Assembly (NCBI GenBank): GCA_947457015.1
Contig: CANGTV010000003.1
Span: 1,958-65,957 of the forward strand
Direction of reading: 5' to 3'
DNA length: 64,000 bases
DNA from: Alphaproteobacteria bacterium
Lineage (GTDB): Bacteria; Pseudomonadota; Alphaproteobacteria; UBA9655
Translations under genes and position numbers: made by a program
Notes under the pieces: model-generated
Database searches by the model: none
Told to the model about the DNA's origin: nothing
What the model saw: the letters and a program-made list of their open reading frames with translations, nothing else
Shown here: positions 17,634 to 26,550 of the stretch, one piece after another
Numbering within the stretch: the stretch's first letter is position 1
How the letters are laid out: each line of letters begins with the position of its first letter

Positions 17634-19178
17634 TTGGAGCTTGCCATTCCTCAGATCCAAGCGACGTCAGAGGATTTAAAACAAAACCCTTCTGCAAGTA
17701 GAGGTAAAAGCGTGACAGTCCTTCTTAAGAAATTTCCCATCTCTTCTTCCACAAGGCTTTTTGTTTGCTTTTTTTCTCTTATTATTGCTGCCCGCCTTAT
17801 AGGAGCTTTTTTTCTCCCTCTCATTGATCCCTCAGAATCACGGTATGCGGAGATTGCTCGCAAGCTTTTAGAATCCGGCGACTGGATTACTTTGTTTCAT
17901 GATTATGGTGTCCCCTTTTGGGCTAAACCCCCTCTCTCAAGCTGGCTTTCAGCGAGCGGCATGGCTCTTTTTGGAGTCAATGGTTTTGGGGCCAGACTCC
18001 CCATCCTCCTTCTGTCTCTGGGTCTTGTGGGGCTTGTCATCAATCTCGCCAATACACGACGGCAAGAGGGCCTCTCGGCTGCAAGCGCTTTGATTCTCCT
18101 GACGGGCGTCCTTTTTTATATAGCAAGCGCCACCGTTATGACGGATATGGCTCTTGCCTTTGGTACTACCTTGTCCATGGTTGCCTTCTGGCAGGCTCTT
18201 AAACCTCCAGACGGACAGAAGTGGAAATACCTGTTCTTTGTTGGTCTTGCCATTGGCGTGTTAGGGAAAGGCCCCATTGCTTTGATTCTGGCAGGATTTC
18301 CCCTCTTTTTGTGGACAGTCATAGGGAAGCGTTTTAAAGAAGTGTGGCAAAAGCTTCCCTGGATCTCAGGTACTCTGTTGATGCTGGCCATTGCTGCTCC
18401 TTGGCACATCTTAGCGGAACTTAAAACGCCTGGGTTTCTTAATTATTACATTGTGGGAGAGCACTTTAATCGCTTTTTTGTCAAAAGCTGGACGGGCGAT
18501 CTTTATGGCTATGCCCATGCTGAGCCCATAGGCTTTATATGGTTTTTTTGGCTCGTTGCAACGCTTCCTTGGTCCCTTTGGTTGATCGGAATTTTAAGCT
18601 CACGTGCGCGAGAATGGCGCACCCTTTTTACAAGTGAAGATGGATGGGTTCTTTATTTGCTCCTCTGGGCCCTTTCTCCTCTTCTTATTTTTACCTTTTC
18701 TCGGAATATCATTTGGACATACCCTCTTCCAGGAATTCCTCCGTTTGCTTTGCTTTTGGGGAATTTTTTAATGCCCCTCCTTACCACATCTCTGTGGCTT
18801 AGGCGCACTTTCTTGGTGTCCGTTGCAATAGCTCCTCTTGCTATGCTTGTCGTCACGTTCTATTCCCATTTTGTTCCTGAAGTGCTCAACAATCAACAGC
18901 GCCTCGTTCAGTCATTTATGGAGACACACAAAAATGCCAAGCTTATCTATTACTGTCCTAACTGTTATTCAGCAGAGTTTTATTCCCAAGGACAATTCAC
19001 TCTTCTTCGAGACGTGGCCCTCTTTCAACAAGTGATGAAAAATGAGGAAGATGTTTTTGTGGCAATGCGAAAAAGAAAATTTACGAGTCTTCCCCAATGG
19101 ATGCGTGACAAGCTCGTCAAAGTGCAACAATATGGTAAAACTATATTGTTTAAGAAGGTCTCCTCTCATGCGCCCTAG
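17634..19178 (+). CDS. GT-C fold glycosyltransferase family 39 (ArnT/PMT_2-like; FlmK/LgmB-like)
   Basis: Multi-pass membrane protein with the N-terminal loop motif DPSESRYAEIARKLLESGDWIT...FWAKPPL typical of ArnT-like enzymes. There is no in-frame ATG, so the start is either TTG 17634 or GTG 17712. Confidence 0.82.
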   Translation: MELAIPQIQATSEDLKQNPSASRGKSVTVLLKKFPISSSTRLFVCFFSLIIAARLIGAFFLPLIDPSESRYAEIARKLLESGDWITLFHDYGVPFWAKPPLSSWLSASGMALFGVNGFGARLPILLLSLGLVGLVINLANTRRQEGLSAASALILLTGVLFYIASATVMTDMALAFGTTLSMVAFWQALKPPDGQKWKYLFFVGLAIGVLGKGPIALILAGFPLFLWTVIGKRFKEVWQKLPWISGTLLMLAIAAPWHILAELKTPGFLNYYIVGEHFNRFFVKSWTGDLYGYAHAEPIGFIWFFWLVATLPWSLWLIGILSSRAREWRTLFTSEDGWVLYLLLWALSPLLIFTFSRNIIWTYPLPGIPPFALLLGNFLMPLLTTSLWLRRTFLVSVAIAPLAMLVVTFYSHFVPEVLNNQQRLVQSFMETHKNAKLIYYCPNCYSAEFYSQGQFTLLRDVALFQQVMKNEEDVFVAMRKRKFTSLPQWMRDKLVKVQQYGKTILFKKVSSHAP

Positions 19179-20163
19179 CCCTTTACAAGACGTTCTTCCA
19201 AGACCTAAAAACCCCCTCTTTTCTTTTATAATCCCTGCTTACGCTGAAGAAAAAAACATTGCGACCTTTCTAATGGCTCTTAAAGATGCCCTCGATCATC
19301 TTTCGATTCGGTATGAAATTATTACTATTGATGACGGTAGCCCCGACAACACAGCAAAATTCATGAGGGAGACGGCTCAAAAAATTCCTATGAAATGTGT
19401 TTTGTTTTCTCGTAATTTTGGGAAAGAACAAGCTTTAACTGCGGGGCTAAAGTACGCCTCGGGGGATGCAGCCATCCTCATGGATGCTGATTTTCAGCAT
19501 CCTTTCCAAACAATTGAAGAGTTTATAAATCATTGGCGTCAGGGCTATGACATTATTTATGGGATCCGCGTGGACAGGGGCCACGATGGGTACCTCCGTC
19601 GGTCTTTTACCTATGTATTTTATAAGCTTCTCAATTGGATTGCAAAAATCCCTATTGAGCCCAATGCGGGTGACTTTCGCTTGCTTGATCGTAAGACGAT
19701 CGACGCTCTCAACACTCTTCCAGAGCGTACCCGTTTTATGAAAGGCCTTTACGCGTGGGTCGGCTTTAATAGCATCGGGATCCCTTTTGATGTCGTCGAA
19801 CGTCAAGCAGGCCAATCGAGTTATAGCCTTACCAAACTCTCAAACTTAGCCGCCATTGGCTTAACGTCTTTTTCCACCTTGCCACTTCGTATTGCCATGC
19901 TTGTAGGTCTTCTTACATCTTGTGTTGCCTTGTCCTATGGATCTTGGATTGTTTTGCGAGCACTTTTATTTGGTGTTGACCTCCCTGGTTGGTCAACTCT
20001 TGTGGCTGCCGTTCTCTTTTTAGGAGGGATTCAACTCATTGCCATGGGAATTTTAGGGGAGTATATCAGCCATATCTTTACAGAAGTTAAAAGGCGCCCC
20101 CATTACATCGTCTCTGAGGTCTATGATTCTCTAGAGTCCACCTCACAACGCTCCCATGCTTAA
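19168..20163 (+). CDS. GT2 polyprenyl-phosphate glycosyltransferase (ArnC/GtrB/FlmF2/LgmA-like)
   Basis: Start set at MRPSPLQ (ATG 19168). Motifs FSFIIPAYAEEKNI, ITIDDGSPDNT, DADFQHP and two C-terminal TM helices. Overlaps the upstream gene by 11 nt. Confidence 0.88.
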   Translation: MRPSPLQDVLPRPKNPLFSFIIPAYAEEKNIATFLMALKDALDHLSIRYEIITIDDGSPDNTAKFMRETAQKIPMKCVLFSRNFGKEQALTAGLKYASGDAAILMDADFQHPFQTIEEFINHWRQGYDIIYGIRVDRGHDGYLRRSFTYVFYKLLNWIAKIPIEPNAGDFRLLDRKTIDALNTLPERTRFMKGLYAWVGFNSIGIPFDVVERQAGQSSYSLTKLSNLAAIGLTSFSTLPLRIAMLVGLLTSCVALSYGSWIVLRALLFGVDLPGWSTLVAAVLFLGGIQLIAMGILGEYISHIFTEVKRRPHYIVSEVYDSLESTSQRSHA

Positions 20164-20530
20164 AAAGCAAGTCATGCGCTTTGGCCTTGTCGGCTTGACA
20201 GCTCTTAGCGTTCATTTGCTTTCCGTCATGGTACTGGTCAAGACCTGGGGGATTTCTCCTTTAGGGGCGAATTTTTTGGGGTTTCTTCTCGCTTTTCAAG
20301 TCAGCTATTGGGGCCATTATAAGTGGACATTTGTGGCTGATCATGTGTCTCATAAAAGAGCAAGTCTTCGTTTTTTCATCCTCGCCGGCTCAACCTTTGG
20401 TATCAATGAACTTCTGTACGCAGGGTTGTTGAAGACAACAGAGTTACCCTATGACGTTGCCCTTCTTATGGTTTTAATTGTTATCTCGGTCTCAACCTTT
20501 GTTTTGTCTAAATTTTGGGCCTTTCGCTAA
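20156..20530 (+). CDS. GtrA family small membrane protein (candidate polyprenyl-phosphate-sugar flippase)
   Basis: 124 aa, four TM segments, RFGLVGLTA...VSYWGHYKWTF motif. 8-nt overlap with the GT2 gene. Confidence 0.82.
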   Translation: MLKKQVMRFGLVGLTALSVHLLSVMVLVKTWGISPLGANFLGFLLAFQVSYWGHYKWTFVADHVSHKRASLRFFILAGSTFGINELLYAGLLKTTELPYDVALLMVLIVISVSTFVLSKFWAFR

Positions 20531-20543
20531 CAGGGAAGGAAAG

Positions 20544-21362
20544 ATGAGAAAAACAATCATTTTGTGCGCGGATGATTTTGGGCAAGACCCTCACATTAGC
20601 CAGGCTATTTTAACGCTCGCAACAAATAACCGTCTTTCTGCCACCAGCTGTATGACAACAGAGGAAGATTGGACACGCCACGGACACGCCCTTAAGGCCT
20701 TCCACAATCACCTTGATATCGGGCTCCATTTTAATTTAACCCATGGAAAAGGGAGCTATTGCCGTCCTTTGAATGAGTGGCTTTTCCGTTCTCTTTTGAG
20801 ACAAATTGATAAGACGTTTATTGAAGCCCAATTGCATGACCAACTTGATCGTTTTGAAGCTATCATGGGGTGTTCGCCTGATTTTATTGATGGCCATCAG
20901 CATGTTCACAGTTTTCCAGTTATGAGAGACGCTGTGCTTAATGTGATAAGGGACCGCTTTCCAACTCGGAAGCTTTATGTGCGCACCCTCAATCCCATGC
21001 TTCACGGGGCCGACAGCCACAGTAAAGCCCTTATTGTAAAGGGGGTTGCTTATGGATTTTCACGGGCTTTATCCCGTCAAGGACTACAACATAACTCTCA
21101 ATTTGGGGGCCTCTACAGCCTATATCCTCATGCCCCTTACAGGGATTTTATGAACCTTTGGTTGCAGCAAGCGACGAACGGCACTCTTTTGATGTGTCAT
21201 CCGGGGCAACTTCCCCTTCACCCCACTTTTGATCCTATTCAAGAAGCCAGAGTAAAGGAATATGCTTATCTTTCCAGTGATGCCTTTTTAGAAGATTGTA
21301 CCAGGGCCGGTGTTGTCTTGGGTCGGTTTGGGGAATTTACGCCCCGTCATTCTGAGAGTTAA
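20544..21362 (+). CDS. ChbG/YdjC/HpnK family carbohydrate deacetylase (NaxD/LgmC-like)
   Basis: Start at MRKTIILCADDFGQ (ATG 20544, GGAAGGAAAG upstream). Has the YdjC signature ADDFG and DGHQHVH metal-binding motif. Confidence 0.85.
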   Translation: MRKTIILCADDFGQDPHISQAILTLATNNRLSATSCMTTEEDWTRHGHALKAFHNHLDIGLHFNLTHGKGSYCRPLNEWLFRSLLRQIDKTFIEAQLHDQLDRFEAIMGCSPDFIDGHQHVHSFPVMRDAVLNVIRDRFPTRKLYVRTLNPMLHGADSHSKALIVKGVAYGFSRALSRQGLQHNSQFGGLYSLYPHAPYRDFMNLWLQQATNGTLLMCHPGQLPLHPTFDPIQEARVKEYAYLSSDAFLEDCTRAGVVLGRFGEFTPRHSES

Positions 21363-21391
21363 CTCACCCAGAACAACAGGGCGCTAAAGAT

Positions 21392-22228
21392 TTAAGAAGC
21401 TTGCTCGCTCTTTTGTTGACCATCCGTCGCAACGGGGGAGAGAGACGCTGATTCTTTCAACATTTTCTCTAACTCATCCGCTTTAACATAGCCAGGAACA
21501 ACCTTTGTTTCTCCAATAATTAACGTTGGAGTCCCGTTTATTCCAAGGGTTTTTGCAAGGTCAAGGGCGTCGTCAATTTGAGCTTGAACCATCTTGCTCT
21601 CCATATCAACTTTAAGCTTTTTGGTGTCAATTCCAAGGGAATTTGCTGCTTTTAAAAGCTGTTTTTTGGTAAGAGGTTTTGTTGATTCAAAGATAACTTT
21701 TTGAAGAGGCTCGTACTTATTTTGTTCTTTTGCGGCAAGCAGAGCCTTAATCGCCATCACAGAGTTTCCGCCCATAATGGGGAGGTCCTTAAAAATAACC
21801 TTAACGTTTTTGTTGTTCGCTAAGAGTGTGGCAAGCTCTCCATGAAATTTTTTGCAAAATCCACAGGATGGATCCCAAAAGACAACCAAAGACTGAGACC
21901 CTTGAGGGTTTCCTGTAATGGCATCTTTGTCACCTTTAAAGATTTTGTCTTTATTTTCAGCAACAGCTTTTTCCATTTTTGCTGCAGCTTCTTTTTGTTG
22001 CTTGGCCATTCCTGCTTGCATAGCCGTCATGATCACGTCAGGGTTTTTTTCTAAGTACCCTCCAATCATCTTTTCTATTTCTGCGACTTGTGCAGACGTA
22101 AAATTGGCAGGAGCGGGTTGTGAGGCTGCAGGCACAACCGGAGCCGTTACCGGTGCATTGTCAGCAAAACCGTCATTTATAAGCCCTAAAGTGGCAAAAG
22201 ATAACACGCTTAAGTAAATTTTTTTCAT
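21392..22228 (-). CDS. DsbA family periplasmic thiol:disulfide oxidoreductase (Com1-like)
   Basis: Signal peptide and a thioredoxin fold with the active site CGFC (FWDPSCGFCKKF). Confidence 0.85.
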   Translation of the reverse strand: MKKIYLSVLSFATLGLINDGFADNAPVTAPVVPAASQPAPANFTSAQVAEIEKMIGGYLEKNPDVIMTAMQAGMAKQQKEAAAKMEKAVAENKDKIFKGDKDAITGNPQGSQSLVVFWDPSCGFCKKFHGELATLLANNKNVKVIFKDLPIMGGNSVMAIKALLAAKEQNKYEPLQKVIFESTKPLTKKQLLKAANSLGIDTKKLKVDMESKMVQAQIDDALDLAKTLGINGTPTLIIGETKVVPGYVKADELEKMLKESASLSPVATDGQQKSEQAS

Positions 22229-22377
22229 TGTTATTCTCCCTTGTGTTGAGTCAGGAAAGCATATCTAATTATCATAGAATCTACAAGGATTTCCTCTTTA
22301 AATCCTCTTTTTTAAGAGAGGACTTGCCATGAGCCCATATTTTTTTTATTCTTTTATGAGGTTAAGGGAGATTTTCA

Positions 22378-22995
22378 ATGCGTTTTATAATAAAAACTTT
22401 AATTTTTTTAAGCCTGACAATGACGGCAGGGCAGGCGGGTGAGGACAAGAAAAAGGAAACGACTCCTCCTTTGCCTGAAATAAGTATAGGGAAGCCAGAA
22501 GCGCCGGTGCTCATCATCGATTACTCTTCTTTAACATGTAATCATTGCGCCCATTTTTACTTAGATGTTTTGCCAGAGATTCAAAAAAAATATATAGAAC
22601 CAGGGTACGTCCGTGTTATTTTCCGTGATTTTCCTGGAGATAAAGTCAGTCTTGAGGCCCACCAAATAGCCTGGTGTAAAGGTGAAATTAAATATTTAGA
22701 CTTTGTAAAACTTCTTTATTCAACTCAAGAAAAATGGCTTTCTGCTGCAGATCCTATAGCAACTCTTAAGTCAATCGTAACTCAAAATGGTATTTCAGCT
22801 GAACAGTTTGACGCAGCCCTTAAAAACCAAGAACTATTGGATAAGATTGTTTCAGCGCGCCTTGAAGGGCAAAAGAAATATAAAATTGACGCAACCCCAA
22901 CAATTGTTATTAACGCTAAAATCCATAAAAAAGCATTGAGCCTGCAAGAAGTCGACGACATTCTGAAGCCTATCTTAGACAAGGAAAAAGAATAA
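22378..22995 (+). CDS. DsbA family thioredoxin-domain protein
   Basis: Signal peptide and active site CNHC (SSLTCNHCAHFY). Divergent from the other DsbA gene. Confidence 0.85.
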   Translation: MRFIIKTLIFLSLTMTAGQAGEDKKKETTPPLPEISIGKPEAPVLIIDYSSLTCNHCAHFYLDVLPEIQKKYIEPGYVRVIFRDFPGDKVSLEAHQIAWCKGEIKYLDFVKLLYSTQEKWLSAADPIATLKSIVTQNGISAEQFDAALKNQELLDKIVSARLEGQKKYKIDATPTIVINAKIHKKALSLQEVDDILKPILDKEKE

Positions 22996-23049
22996 GAGTT
23001 GATTCTCTCTTCGTCTCTTCTTATATAAGACCATATAAGGAGTGTCACT

Positions 23050-23286
23050 GTGGCCATGTCTCAAGATCAACTTAAGAGCTATCTTTCCAAAGCTTTTCCA
23101 GATGCCGTTATCGATATTCAAGATTTAGCTGGCGATAATGATCATTTTGCAGCAACCATTACCTCATCTGCTTTTCAGGGGAAAACACGCATTCAACAGC
23201 ATCAAATGGTGTTTGAAGCTTTGGAAGGCCATATGGGAACACGTCTTCACGCCCTCTCTCTCAAAACACAAACGCCCGAGGAATAA
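23050..23286 (+). CDS. bolA: BolA family protein
   Basis: 78 aa. Conserved [26 protein letters not shown] and ALSLKT motifs. The start could be GTG 23050 or ATG 23056. Confidence 0.88.
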   Translation: MAMSQDQLKSYLSKAFPDAVIDIQDLAGDNDHFAATITSSAFQGKTRIQQHQMVFEALEGHMGTRLHALSLKTQTPEE

Positions 23287-23288
23287 TT

Positions 23289-23618
23289 ATGTCTGATGTT
23301 TTTGATCAAATCCGCAAGGATCTCGCCTCTCATGAGGTTGTTTTATATATGAAAGGAAACGACAAGTTCCCTATGTGCGGTTTTTCGGCAGCCGTTGTTC
23401 AAATTCTCAAAACGCTCAATGTTCCCTTTAAATTCGTGGATGTTCTGCAAGATGCAGAAATCAGAGAGGGTATTAAAACCTTTACCAATTGGCCTACAAT
23501 TCCTCAACTTTATGTCAAAGGTGAGTTTGTAGGCGGTTGTGATATTGTGCGGGAAATGTATCAAATGGGAGAACTCCAAGACCTTCTTGTAGAAAAAGGA
23601 ATTTCCACATCCGCTTAA
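23289..23618 (+). CDS. grxD: Grx4-family monothiol glutaredoxin
   Basis: CGFS active site (PMCGFSAAV), [19 protein letters not shown]. Shows the conserved bolA-grxD adjacency. Confidence 0.93.
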   Translation: MSDVFDQIRKDLASHEVVLYMKGNDKFPMCGFSAAVVQILKTLNVPFKFVDVLQDAEIREGIKTFTNWPTIPQLYVKGEFVGGCDIVREMYQMGELQDLLVEKGISTSA

Positions 23619-23696
23619 ACCTTTTGTCACATTTTGTGAAATATAAGCGTTTTCTTTGCATTGACCAATTCTCTGTCTTTTTTTAAGGTGGCGCTT

Positions 23697-24692
23697 ATGA
23701 CGACTGTATTAAAAAAAGAGACTTCCTCTCCCCGTATCGCTGTTATAGGTTGCGGAAGATGGGGCAAAAATTTAGTCCGCAACTTTGCAGAGCTGGAAGC
23801 CCTTGCAGCCGTTTGCGATCGGGGTACATCCAAAGCTCAAGACATTGCTTCTCACTATGGCGTGGCCGCTCTTTCAGAAGAAGAGCTCTTTACCCATCCT
23901 GACCTTGACGCCATTGTCATAGCGACAGAAGCCCCATTCCATGAAGCTCAGGCTGAAGCAGCCTTAAAAGCCGGTAAGCACGTTTATCTTGAAAAACCCA
24001 TGGCTCTTTCAATCCATGCTGCTCAAAAACTTTGCTCTTTGGCCAAAGATAATAACCGTATCCTTATGGTAGGGCATATCCTTAACTACCACCCTGCGTT
24101 CATCACCTTAAAAAATCGCCTTCAAGATCTTGGACCCTTAAAGCATATTTATGCGAATCGGTTGGGGCTTGGTCAATTTCGACGACTTGAGAGCGTTCTT
24201 TGGGATCTTGCAAGCCATGATGTGTCCCTTGTTCTTTCCTTAACACAAGACATGCCTCACAGTGTAAGCGCTGCGGGACAAACGTATCTTACGCCAAAAA
24301 AGCCAGCAAGTGCTCTTCTCACTATGGCCTTTTCAGGTGGTCTTACAGCCCATATCCATGCCTCTTGGTTTTCTCCTTTTAAGGAGCAAAAATTAGTGGT
24401 TATGGGAGAAAAAGGGATTGCTGTTTTTGACGACTGCAAGCCGTGGTCTGAAAAACTCCAAATTTCAACCCATTGCCTTACTTGGAAAGACGGTCACTGT
24501 CATGCTAATGATGCGGTTCAAACCGAATACATTTCCTTGCCCCCCTCTGAACCTCTTAAAAATGAATGCCTTCATTTTTTGACATGTATTCAAAAAGGAG
24601 AAGAGCCTCTTACATCGGGTCAAGAAGGGCTTCGGGTTACAGAAGTTTTAGAAAAAGCTGAACATTCTTTACAGTCGAGAGATAAACTATGA
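23697..24692 (+). CDS. Gfo/Idh/MocA family NAD-dependent sugar oxidoreductase (GnnA/WbpB-like)
   Basis: Start at MTTVLKK (ATG 23697). Rossmann motif IAVIGCGRWGKN and EKP motif (VYLEKPMA). ATGA-type overlap with the following aminotransferase. Confidence 0.82.
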   Translation: MTTVLKKETSSPRIAVIGCGRWGKNLVRNFAELEALAAVCDRGTSKAQDIASHYGVAALSEEELFTHPDLDAIVIATEAPFHEAQAEAALKAGKHVYLEKPMALSIHAAQKLCSLAKDNNRILMVGHILNYHPAFITLKNRLQDLGPLKHIYANRLGLGQFRRLESVLWDLASHDVSLVLSLTQDMPHSVSAAGQTYLTPKKPASALLTMAFSGGLTAHIHASWFSPFKEQKLVVMGEKGIAVFDDCKPWSEKLQISTHCLTWKDGHCHANDAVQTEYISLPPSEPLKNECLHFLTCIQKGEEPLTSGQEGLRVTEVLEKAEHSLQSRDKL

Positions 24693-25840
24693 TCCCTTTT
24701 ATTGATCTTGTTGCCCAACAACGCCGTATTCGTCCTCAGCTGGAAGCAGCATTTCTTCGCATTTTAGATCATGGCGCCTATATTATGGGCCCCGAAATTT
24801 ACGCCCTTGAAGCGCAATTGTCTTCTTTTTGTGGAACCTCTCATACCCTCTCCTGTTCTAATGGAACGGATGCTTTAGCCCTTGTTCTCATGGCTAAGAA
24901 TATAGGACCAGGGGATGCGGTTTTCGTTCCTTCTTTTACCTTTGCCGCAACAGCAGAAGTTGTGGCCTGGATGGGAGCAGAGGTTGTTTTTGTTGATGTA
25001 TTGGAAACAACTTTTAACATGGATCCCCTAAGCCTTGAAAAAGGAATCCAAGCTGCAAAAAAGAAGGGGCTTCTCCCAAAAGGGGTTATTCCTGTCGATC
25101 TATTCGGCCAACCAGCTGATTATGATGCCCTGCATGCGATTGCTGAAAAGCATAATCTTTGGATTATGGCGGATGCCGCGCAAAGTTTTGGAGGAACCTA
25201 TAAGGGCAAGAAAGTGGGAGCCCTTGCTGAATCAACAACCACCAGCTTTTTTCCTGCAAAGCCTTTGGGATGTTATGGAGACGGAGGGGCTGTCTTTACA
25301 GAAAACCATGATCTTTTAAAGATTATGGAATCCTTACGTATTCATGGACAAGGGGAAGACCAAGACAAATACAAAAATATCCGAGTAGGAATGAATGGGC
25401 GCATGGATACCATTCAAGCCGCTATTCTTCTTGAAAAACTTACTATTTTTCCTGAAGAAATTCTATTGCGCCAAAAAATTGCCGATCGGTATTCAGAGGC
25501 ACTTCAAGAGGTTGCAGAAACTCCTTTTGTGCGTGATGAGTGTCAATCCGCCTGGGCTCAATATACGTTAAAAGTCGATCCTCTCAAGAGAAAAGAGATT
25601 ATGGAAGGGCTTCAACAAGAAGGAATTCCTTCCGTGATCTATTATCCGCTACCTCTTCATCATCAACAGGCCTATAGCTCTTATTCTTGGGCAACAGAAA
25701 CTCTCCCCATAAGCGAATCTCTTTCAAAAACAGTGCTGAGTCTTCCCTTGCACCCTTATCTAGACCCAGAGACCCAAGACCATATCATCAAAACCTTTTG
25801 TGATGTTTCAACACGTGTTCGTGCTAAAAAAGTAGCTTAA
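24689..25840 (+). CDS. DegT/DnrJ/EryC1/StrS family PLP-dependent sugar aminotransferase (GnnB/WbpE-like)
   Basis: 383 aa with family motifs (GPEIYALE, CSNGTDAL, SFFPAKPLGCYGDGG). Confidence 0.88.
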   Translation: MIPFIDLVAQQRRIRPQLEAAFLRILDHGAYIMGPEIYALEAQLSSFCGTSHTLSCSNGTDALALVLMAKNIGPGDAVFVPSFTFAATAEVVAWMGAEVVFVDVLETTFNMDPLSLEKGIQAAKKKGLLPKGVIPVDLFGQPADYDALHAIAEKHNLWIMADAAQSFGGTYKGKKVGALAESTTTSFFPAKPLGCYGDGGAVFTENHDLLKIMESLRIHGQGEDQDKYKNIRVGMNGRMDTIQAAILLEKLTIFPEEILLRQKIADRYSEALQEVAETPFVRDECQSAWAQYTLKVDPLKRKEIMEGLQQEGIPSVIYYPLPLHHQQAYSSYSWATETLPISESLSKTVLSLPLHPYLDPETQDHIIKTFCDVSTRVRAKKVA

Positions 25841-26010
25841 GGTTTCTAGCACACGAAAAGGCTTTTCAATAAAACACTCATGTTTTTGAAAAAAATTAAA
25901 TTAACTTTATTTTAACAAATATCCCTATACAATAATATTGAAAAAGCAAAGAGCGAACATGAACCTGTTTTTGTAGAAGAAGTGTTATATTTTAGGGAGA
26001 CTTTCAAGCC

Positions 26011-26541
26011 ATGAACTTGCTCTATTGGCTTTTGAAATTGAACAAAAAAAAAGATTATGCGAGCCAAACACAAGGGTCAGCGGTTATTGAGTTTGCCCTC
26101 CTATCCCCTGCAATCTTACTTCTTATTATAGCAATTTTTGAAATAGGGGCCATCATGTACGTTCGAGCCGCACTTGATCTGGCCATTTTACACGCTTCTC
26201 GCTTTGGACGTACAGGACAAGTTGTCACAGGCCAAACGTCACAACAAACAGTGGCAGAATTAGTTTCTTTATACACATTTAATTTAGTAGATCCGACAAA
26301 GTTGACGCTTACCGTTACGCCTTATCCAAGCTTTGCGTCTATTCCAACAAACTCTCAAGTTCTTTCTCAACACCTTAATACGGGGGCCCAAAATTTTGGG
26401 GAAACAGACCAGATTGTTCTTTACACACTTACCTATGATTGGATGTTTTATACTCAATGGGTTGGAAATCTTTTGTCTCCCAGCGGAAATGGGCACTTAA
26501 CACTTATTGCAAGTACTATTGTTCAAAATGAACCATTTTGA
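26011..26541 (+). CDS. TadE-like (Flp pilus assembly pseudopilin-like) protein
   Basis: N-terminal TadE motif GSAVIEFALLSPAILLLI followed by a Thr/Ser-rich domain. Confidence 0.75.
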   Translation: MNLLYWLLKLNKKKDYASQTQGSAVIEFALLSPAILLLIIAIFEIGAIMYVRAALDLAILHASRFGRTGQVVTGQTSQQTVAELVSLYTFNLVDPTKLTLTVTPYPSFASIPTNSQVLSQHLNTGAQNFGETDQIVLYTLTYDWMFYTQWVGNLLSPSGNGHLTLIASTIVQNEPF

Positions 26542-26550
26542 GGGAACCTT

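Noticed and set aside
21183-21200. TGTCATCCGGGG inside the YdjC deacetylase gene as another palindromic-element arm.
   Set aside because: There is no inverted partner nearby. The sequence encodes the conserved LMCHPG motif of the enzyme.
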